Shown here in pieces: positions 35,613-43,200 of a DNA stretch of 48,464 bases. The stretch is taken from contig JAEZCB010000091.1 in the NCBI GenBank assembly GCA_023412755.1, forward strand, positions 1 through 48,464, given 5' to 3'. Under the pieces are notes generated by a model that saw only the letters and a list, made by a program, of their open reading frames with translations, had not been told where the DNA came from and made no database searches. Made by a program: the position numbers and the translations under genes. Position 1 is the stretch's first letter. Each line of letters starts with the position of its first letter. The stretch comes from Bacteroidota bacterium (GTDB taxonomy: Bacteria > Bacteroidota > Bacteroidia > Flavobacteriales_F > PHOS-HE28).

Positions 35613-35863
35613 AAGCCCGCTTGGTGATCTTCGGCGAGCTATTGGATCTATCGTTCAGGTGTGAATGATCTCCACACCCCTTGTGATCGCATGCATCCAA
35701 AGACCCCCAGTTGGCAACAGGAGGAAATTTTAGCCAAGGGACCCAAAATAGGGTAGGGTGCACGATGAACATGTATGTATGAACGTCCGATCGCTCCTGG
35801 ATGGCGACGAGTCGATAATATGATCATGATCGGCAGCGTTTTTGAGAGAGAGGGCTCAAATCA

Positions 35864-36709
35864 ATGGCTACAGGTGGTTCAATTTCCAATGGCGAGGCCA
35901 AGATGTTCCCGCTGGATCCCAATGCATCCGCAGAGGGGGCAGGTAAATGGGCAGAGCCACATCTCGCACATACACGTGTTTCTTCCTCCCATAAAGCCGA
36001 ACTGCAGCGAAAGGATGATTTCCTGAGCATGGCCAGCCATGAACTCAAGACGCCTATCACCACGTTGAAGGCCTTTCTCCAAATGGTAGGCAGTGGAGAA
36101 GGACCAGAAGTACTTGTATCCAAAGTACATCTCCGGAAAATGGTCGATCAAGTGGATCGGCTTACACGGCTCGTTTCTGATCTGTTGGAAGTATCCAAGA
36201 TCCAAAAGGGGGACATCGAATTCAGCAGGGATCCCATGGAGGTGGATCCCCTGGTGATGGAAGTGGTGGCCGATGCACGCATGCGTCATCAAACCCACCG
36301 GTTCACACTTACGGGTGCCTCGGGTTGCAGAGTGGTGGGCGATAGGGCCCGTGTTATGCAAGCATTGACGGAATTGCTCAATAATGCGGTGAAATTCTCT
36401 CCTGCGGCCGATCTCATAGAAGTGCATATCGCCTGCAGTGGGCCCTTCGTGGAGATCACTGTCAGTGACCATGGAGTCGGCATGCCAAACGCCGCACAGG
36501 AGCATATTTTCGAACGTTATTACCGCGTGCTCACCGATCCCGAGAAACCCTTCCCAGGGCTCGGGGTCGGGTTGTTCATTGTAAGTGAGATCGTCCGCCA
36601 TCATGGCGGTACCGTTTCGGTAAGCAGTGTAGCGGGGGAGGGATCTTCCTTCACAGTTGCCTTCCCTGCGGCAATGAAGATCGATCAGGATGGGAACTCA
36701 GACACATAG
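35864..36709 (+). CDS. Soluble histidine kinase (HisKA + HATPase_c) without a sensor domain
   Basis: H-box FLSMASHELKTPITTL, N-box LLNNAVKFS, G1 VSDHGVGM, G2 GLGVGLFIV. Only ~55 aa precede the H-box, with no TM segment. Alternative start M14 at 35903. Confidence 0.85.
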   Translation: MATGGSISNGEAKMFPLDPNASAEGAGKWAEPHLAHTRVSSSHKAELQRKDDFLSMASHELKTPITTLKAFLQMVGSGEGPEVLVSKVHLRKMVDQVDRLTRLVSDLLEVSKIQKGDIEFSRDPMEVDPLVMEVVADARMRHQTHRFTLTGASGCRVVGDRARVMQALTELLNNAVKFSPAADLIEVHIACSGPFVEITVSDHGVGMPNAAQEHIFERYYRVLTDPEKPFPGLGVGLFIVSEIVRHHGGTVSVSSVAGEGSSFTVAFPAAMKIDQDGNSDT

Positions 36710-37103
36710 CAATGAGGCCATCAAGATCCTTTTGGTCGATGATGAGCCCGATCTGCTTGGCATCGTGGAACTCGTACTTGTGAAGAAAGGATTCAAGGTC
36801 ACAGCTCTGGAGGCGCCTCCCTCGGTGGATGAGCTTGTGCGCATCGACCCGGACGTGGTGTTCCTGGATCTGCTCCTCAAAGGCCAGCACGGGGTTGATA
36901 TCTGCCAACGGATAAAATCGGATCCGCGGTCGAGCCATGTTCCAGTGGTATTGGTATCCGCACATACCCGCACAGAAGTGAAGGAGGCATGCGAGGCATG
37001 CTCCGCAGATGATTTTCTTACCAAGCCGTTCGACATTCATGAGCTTGGCCGTAAGGCGGAGCTATACGGCATGCAGCACCGCCACCTGCGCGGTTCGGCC
37101 TAG
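36690..37103 (+). CDS. Single-domain response regulator (CheY-like receiver)
   Basis: ILLVDDEPD, phospho-acceptor in VVFLDLLL, VVLVSA, and TKPF. It overlaps the kinase stop by 20 nt. Confidence 0.85.
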   Translation: MGTQTHSNEAIKILLVDDEPDLLGIVELVLVKKGFKVTALEAPPSVDELVRIDPDVVFLDLLLKGQHGVDICQRIKSDPRSSHVPVVLVSAHTRTEVKEACEACSADDFLTKPFDIHELGRKAELYGMQHRHLRGSA

Positions 37104-37239
37104 ATCGGGGAGTGGCCTGCCCCCTGATCGCCCCAAACACTCCACAGCATTTAGAACTAATTCGCCGATGCGCGTGCGCCTTGCCGCGTTCCGGGGGCAT
37201 GGTATCCGCTTTGCGCTGCCTTCTTCAAAGCAGAAGGTC

Positions 37240-37785
37240 ATGGAAAGTATCGGAACCAAAGGAAAGGAATGGTCAGTAGGAACTATGGTGGCCATGCTCT
37301 TTATCGTCATGTTCGGCTTCCTCGGTCAGCACACGGTGCAGGCGCAGAATACAGCCAACCCCACAGGATGGATCATGTTCTCGGATAGTGTGGCGGAGGA
37401 ATTGGAATTGCGGCCGAGCCAATTGGAGCGATTACACGCGATAGACAGCCGATATCGGGCGGATCATAATCGGCTTGGTGAAGATCCGCGCAGCGATCCA
37501 AACTATCAAGCCCTCACAGAACGTCGCAATGCCGAGATCCAAACTGTACTCGATAGTGAACAGTACCAGGAGTGGTTGAAGATCAACGACACTGGTCACA
37601 ACAATGATCCGCACCGGGTGGAACCAGGGCCACAGAGTACTGATATGGACCGGAGGCACCCACAGGGCAACCAGATCATCAGGGATGCAAGGGGATCACC
37701 GGTGCATCAAGGTCAACAACCTGTAAAAGGTGGAAACAGCGGTAGCCAAAGCGATCTGAACAGGGGCGGACGTCAGATCCCCTGA
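37240..37785 (+). CDS. Secreted hypothetical protein with LTXXQ-like (Spy/CpxP-like) helices and a G/Q/N/R-rich tail
   Basis: The ATG at 37240 gives MESIGTKGKEWSVGTMVAMLFIVMFGFLGQHTVQAQ as the signal peptide. It has two L-x-x-x-Q heads (ELRPSQLERL, VLDSEQYQEW). The low-complexity C-terminus ends 3 nt before the next gene. Confidence 0.5.
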   Translation: MESIGTKGKEWSVGTMVAMLFIVMFGFLGQHTVQAQNTANPTGWIMFSDSVAEELELRPSQLERLHAIDSRYRADHNRLGEDPRSDPNYQALTERRNAEIQTVLDSEQYQEWLKINDTGHNNDPHRVEPGPQSTDMDRRHPQGNQIIRDARGSPVHQGQQPVKGGNSGSQSDLNRGGRQIP

Positions 37786-37788
37786 TCC

Positions 37789-38232
37789 ATGGATACCCGA
37801 TCCATTCTTAAGGACCTGGCGGAGTTGATCACAGATAGTCAGCGAGGCTATGGAGAAGCCGCAGCACGGATCCATGATCCACACCTGAAGGAAAAGTTGA
37901 TGTCCATTGGCAATGGCCGCGCTCCATTGCTGGAGGAATTGGGCAACGAACTGGCACTCCTCGGCGATCCCACCCCGGACGAAGGCACGATCAAAGGCGG
38001 TCTCCACCGTACCTGGATGGCCATCCGGGAGAGTCTTTCTCCCGCCGATGACGGGCAGATCCTGGATGAAGCGATAAGGGGTGAAGAATACCTGTTAAGC
38101 CAGGTGGATCGAACAATGGCCTTGGAAGGCCTACCTGCAGGCCTACAGGACTTGTTGGCCTCCCATCGAAGGCACATCACGGGTGATCTGGAAGCATTGA
38201 AGGGTTGGTATGAAAAAGAAAAGAGCAGATGA
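37789..38232 (+). CDS. PA2169/DUF2383-family four-helix-bundle (ferritin-like) protein
   Basis: The sequence LAELITDSQRGYGEAAARIHDPHLKEKLMSIGNGRAPLLEELGNEL...LHRTWMAIRESL matches the DUF2383 pattern as I remember it. ATG at 37789. Confidence 0.65.
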   Translation: MDTRSILKDLAELITDSQRGYGEAAARIHDPHLKEKLMSIGNGRAPLLEELGNELALLGDPTPDEGTIKGGLHRTWMAIRESLSPADDGQILDEAIRGEEYLLSQVDRTMALEGLPAGLQDLLASHRRHITGDLEALKGWYEKEKSR

Positions 38233-38837
38233 TGAACCATGAATTGAATGGCCACCGTAGACCCAACGAAGGGGATCGGCTGGGTGGTACTCTGGCCGAA
38301 GGCCGACTGGCCAACAACAACGGCCCACAGGATCGGATCCGGAACGCGGGGATCAATACACCTTTGCCACCTCCTCCCATGGAACAGAGGAACAATGCCA
38401 GGGATGGTGGCCGGGCGCATATTCACTCAGCCAAAAGCGATGTGGATCGGCCAAGCGGTGTATTGAAGGGCCTCGAGGGATTGCACTTCGATCACCGTGT
38501 ATGGCTCAACGCCCTCCGCTTCTATCGTGAGGAACTTTTCATCTTCCAACGGCATCTGGAAAAATTCGTTCGCGTTTCGGCCACACCCGATATCATGGCC
38601 CATGTAGAACAGTACCAGAACAGGCTCCTGCGCCAGTGCGAAGTGATCGATGAGCTGGCCCACGAGATAAAGGAACACGACCAGCGGTTGGCCACCTACA
38701 TGTCAGATGGCTCAGCGAAAGTGGTATACAGACCTTTTGGAGTGCACAATGAACTGCGGGAGAAATATGAGATCTTCGAAAGACTCTACCACGAGTTGAA
38801 GAATGAATTCCGCCAATGGCTGGCCTACAACCGTTAG
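38229..38837 (+). CDS. Hypothetical protein: disordered P/G/N/R-rich N-terminus plus a His/Glu-rich helical domain
   Basis: ATGA overlap with the preceding gene. The C-terminal ~135 aa are helical with recurring H/E pairs (HFDH, HLE, HVE, HEIKEHD, HNE, HE), suggesting a metal-binding helical bundle. Family not recognised. Confidence 0.5.
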   Translation: MMNHELNGHRRPNEGDRLGGTLAEGRLANNNGPQDRIRNAGINTPLPPPPMEQRNNARDGGRAHIHSAKSDVDRPSGVLKGLEGLHFDHRVWLNALRFYREELFIFQRHLEKFVRVSATPDIMAHVEQYQNRLLRQCEVIDELAHEIKEHDQRLATYMSDGSAKVVYRPFGVHNELREKYEIFERLYHELKNEFRQWLAYNR

Positions 38838-39249
38838 CGCATCAACTCCAGTAGATTGGCGTGGTGGCCACGATCATGCGCGAAAGACATGTTGTCACAT
38901 GATCGGTTGTGGAAGCCAGAGGCGAAGGGGAAACTCGAAGACGGCAGTCTCCGAAACCTACGATCTTGTAGATCTTTACTTGAACGGTGTTCATCTCCCC
39001 GGGCGGATCCTTTTGGGTCCGCCTCGGGATCCGTCCGGGCTTGAATGGATCGGAGGACATGGCTCACACAACTACTTTGACACTATAAAGATGGGGTCTT
39101 TTCCGCCACGGGCACATTACATGGTCAAAACTTATTCAACCGTACAATGTGGATGTCCACCCGCGGAGCATTGAAGCAACAGGGTCTGGTGCAAAGGGAG
39201 AACGATCCCTTACATGACATACTACATTTGACGCGCGCCGGTGGTATTC

Positions 39250-40107
39250 ATGAGCAGCGCGGTAGTGAACAAGGAGCTCATAGATATCGGATCGATGGTG
39301 AAACAGGCCATCGCTGTCACCGAAAGGACCACGGAGGACCGGGTGTCGTTCGATGTACACATCCCCTTGGACACGGTACATCTGTATGGCGATCGATCCG
39401 TGCTCGCCAAAGCCTTCCAGGAACTATTCCGGAATGCGGTTTCCCATTCCCGTCCGGTGGTGCAGGTACGGGCGGTGGTGAAGGAAGGAGGAACCAGGTA
39501 CAGGATCTTCATCGGCGGTGATCCGTCTGCTGGTAACGAGCAAGAGGAGCGACCTTTGATCGCGGAGATGGAGGCCGTCCAACGCATGCTCGCATCGCAA
39601 GGGGGCGGCCTATCGAGTTTCAATACGGAAAATAAGATCATCTATGCCGTGGAGCTGCCTTTGGCGGTACTTCCGCGCGCAATTGAACGCAGCGCAGATA
39701 TGGGTGAAAGTGAAAAATGCAAGATCCTGGTAGTGGATGACAATGTGGATGGCGCTGTTACCCTCAGTGTCATCCTCAATCACCTCGGGCACAGTGTCCG
39801 GGTCACCCATGATGGAACATCGGCCATCGCAGTGGCACAGGAATTCAAGCCGGAACTCATTCTCATGGATATCGGCATGCCTGGTCTGGATGGTTACGAG
39901 ACCTGCGAACGAATGCGCAAGGAGGATTGGTCCGCAGGCAGTTACATCGTGGCGCTCACCGGTTGGGGTCAGGAAGAGGATAAGCGTAAGGCCAAACGGG
40001 CGGGCTTTGATAAACACCTGGTGAAGCCGGTGGATCGAAAGACTTTGATGGAAGTGGTCGCCAGTGCCAAACAAGGGCGCAAGGCGGAGCCCGGGGCGGA
40101 AGAGTGA
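39250..40107 (+). CDS. Degenerate HATPase_c-like domain fused to a receiver domain (DHp-less kinase remnant, possibly a pseudogene)
   Basis: The track start 39241 is GTG; the ATG is at 39250. An in-frame TGA sits at 39229. The N-terminal half aligns with the post-HisKA part of the neighbouring megakinase (ELIDIGSMVKQAI vs EQVDLMSAAAQAI; N-box ELFRNAVSHS), but G1 and G2 are eroded. The REC domain is intact (KILVVDDN, LILMDIGMPGLDGYE, ALTGWGQEEDKRKAKRAGFDKHLVKPVDR). Confidence 0.6.
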   Translation: MSSAVVNKELIDIGSMVKQAIAVTERTTEDRVSFDVHIPLDTVHLYGDRSVLAKAFQELFRNAVSHSRPVVQVRAVVKEGGTRYRIFIGGDPSAGNEQEERPLIAEMEAVQRMLASQGGGLSSFNTENKIIYAVELPLAVLPRAIERSADMGESEKCKILVVDDNVDGAVTLSVILNHLGHSVRVTHDGTSAIAVAQEFKPELILMDIGMPGLDGYETCERMRKEDWSAGSYIVALTGWGQEEDKRKAKRAGFDKHLVKPVDRKTLMEVVASAKQGRKAEPGAEE

Positions 40108-40207
40108 GGTCTTGTTTATTTCACATTTTATAGTGATCCCCTGATCATTAGGGTATTTTAGCCGATCTCCGGCGGGTTGCCGATAGGACATCGCTGGTGG
40201 AGAGGAA

Positions 40208-43200
40208 ATGGATAGCAAGAAAGATCACGGCCCGGAGTTGCTCAGTTCGGCCGAGGCCGCGGAGTTGCTCAAGTGCCATCCCAATACCCTGCGTGCGCGT
40301 GTGCGCCGGGCGGAGTTGGAACCCGTATTCCCGGATGGCGGCAGGCACATGTTCTTCAAAAAGCGCGATGTACTTGCTCTCCTTGAGGCGGGCCGCCGAA
40401 AGGATCCGCAGCATTTCCCTACGCACACCGATGGCTTTCCCGTGATCGCCATCGGCACATGTGCGAAGGGTGTGGAAGGACTGGAGCGCATGATGCGGCA
40501 CCTGGAAAGTGATCTCGGCAGCGCGTATATCGTGGTGAGCGATCCTGCATCGGGAGATGCTTCCGCTATTTTGAAGAGCATCCAGCAAGGATGCACGCTA
40601 CCAGTGGAAGTGGTTTCAGATGGGCTTAGGCTGGAGGCGGACAAGGTCTACGTGGCGCCACCGCGCGCCCTTATCTCTTTGGATCAAAGGGTATTCAAGG
40701 TATCGGAACTGCGCACCAGGGATCGAATGCATGGGCCGGTGGACCACATGTTCACGGAGTTGGCACGTGTGTTCCAGAACAAAGCCATAGCCGTGCTGTT
40801 GTTGACCCACCAGGAGGATGGTGTGCAGGGCGCAAGGGAGGTGCGCAGTGAAGGGGGGGTGGTCATCGCCGATGAGACCATTTTCCTGAATGGACATCCC
40901 ATTCGGGATACCAACATCGTGGACCTTATCCTTCCTGCTGAACGCATCGGCAGCGGATTGAGTGGACTGCACCGGCATTTCTTCGAAACATCAGGCAGTC
41001 TCGGATCGCGCGGCGAGGACGATCTGCAGAAGATCCTGATCCTGATCCACCAGCGAAAGGGTGTGGATCTTACGCAGTACAAACCGGCCACCATCCACCG
41101 GCGCATACTTCGGCGCATGGCGTTGGGCCATATCAGCAAACCATCAGAGTATTACAAGCTGCTCAAGGAGAATACCAGTGAACTGGATGCGCTGTACAAC
41201 GATCTGCTGATCAATGTCACCACCTTCTTCCGTGATCCGCAGGTCTTCAGAGCGCTGGCACGCAAAGTCTTGCCTGCCCTCATGCGGGACCGGCCGATAA
41301 ATGATCCCATACGCATCTGGGTTCCGGGATGCTCAGGTGGTGAAGAGGTTGTGTCCATCGCCATCACCATATTGGAGTTCCTTGGTGATCGTGCGCTCAC
41401 CACACCCGTGCAGATCTTCGCAACGGATCTTAACGAACATGCGATAGAACGGGCACGGCTGGGGATCTACAAGCAACATGCTGTGCGGTCCCTCTCTTCC
41501 AGAAGGCTGAAGCATTTCTTCACGGAAATAGATGGGCATTACCAGGTGGTGAAGACGATAAGGGACATGTGTGTCTTCGCCCGCCATGATCTCATCAAGG
41601 ATCCGCCTTTCTCGAATCTGGATCTCATCAGCTGCCAGAATCTGCTGATCTATCTGGAAACGCCTGCGCAGGCCAAGATCATGCGCGGCTTCCACTATGG
41701 CCTGAAACAGCATGGTTTCCTCATTTTGGGCAGAAGTGAAACACCATCGGCCGGTGGAGATCTATTCCTTCAACCCGATCGGCGATACAAGGTCTATCAA
41801 GGGAAAGGAAATACCCGCAGACGGTTGGGCGTCGAGTTGTTCGCACAACCCGCACAGGGGGGCGATCATTCACCGGTGCCACCGATCCGTTTGGAAAGAA
41901 GGCCGGCGAGCAAGGATGCGGACATCGATCGGGAAGTGGATCGCATCCTCATAACACGCTTCACGCCGCCATCCGTTGTGGTGGATGCTGAAGGCCAGAT
42001 CGTGCGGTTCCACGGCAATACCACCCGCTTTTTGGAACATGGTTCCGGAAAGCCCACCCTGGATCTGCTCCGGCTTATCCGTAGCGATCTGGTGTTCGAA
42101 ATGCGCACCCTGTTGCGCCGTGCTCGCAAGGAACGCACGGCCGTGGTGCGCAAAGGGATCCCATCTGCCAGCGGTGGCACCATCTGCGAAATGGACCTGG
42201 AAGTGATCCCCTTCGGCACGGAACAGGAACCCCATTTCATGGTGGTCTTCCGCGAGCACCAGTTGGAGAGAACGGAAGGAGCTGGTGATGATGCGCGCTC
42301 CAGGGATCGCAAAGACCGGCGTATCCATCTACTGGAGCAGGAACTTCAGGACATGCGTGAGCAGATGCGCCTGATCTCCCAGGAATTCGAGTCGGTCACA
42401 AGTGAGTTGCAATCCGCGAACGAGGAGGTCGTATCCTCCAATGAGGAACTGCAGAGCATCAACGAGGAGTTGGAGACCTCGAAGGAAGAGTTGCAAAGCA
42501 TCAACGAGGAATTCGCCACCATCAACGAAGAATTGCAACAACGCAACGATGCGTTGCGCGAAAGCGAGGAACGGCTGCGCCTATCCGTGCAGACCGGGCG
42601 TATGGGCATTTGGGATTGGGAAATAGAGAAGGATAAGATCACCTGGTCGGACACGCTCTACGCCATACATGGCATGGAGAAGGGAGAAGGGTCCATGGAT
42701 CTGGCGGCATTCCTGCGGTTCATTCATCCGGAAGATCATGGCATGCTGCGTACAGCCATAGACAACGCGGTCAACGAAGGTGCACCCTTTGAAGTGGAAT
42801 TCCGTGCCGTAAGGCCCGGAGGTGAAGTACGGTGGCTGTTCAGCAACGCCACGGTGGTGCGTGAAGAAGGTGTCGCAATAAGGATCCTGGGAGCCACGGT
42901 GGATGTTACCGAAAGGAAACAGACGGAACTGCAACTGCGGGAACGTACCAGAACCTTGGAGATCCTCAATGAGGTGGGAGAGGACCTGGTGGGCGATAGG
43001 GATCTCAACAGCATAGTGCAGGCCGTGACGGACGCGGGCCGCAGCATCAGCGGTGCTGAGTTCGGTGCTTTCTTCTTCAACGTGAAGGACGATGAAGGCG
43101 GCTCGTACATGCTCTACACCCTTTCAGGTCTGCCAAGGGAAGCTTTCGCTAACTTCCCCATGCCGCGCAACACGGAGATCTTCGCTCCCACCTTCAGTGG

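Noticed and set aside
42400-42560. Periodic DNA repeats (recurring GCATCAACGAGGA and GAGGAACTGCA-like units), a possible tandem repeat or CRISPR-like array.
   Set aside because: The periodicity is 21 nt and in frame. It encodes the heptad coiled coil (SNEELQSINEELE...) characteristic of CheB/CheR fusion kinases. There are no spacers or non-coding repeats.
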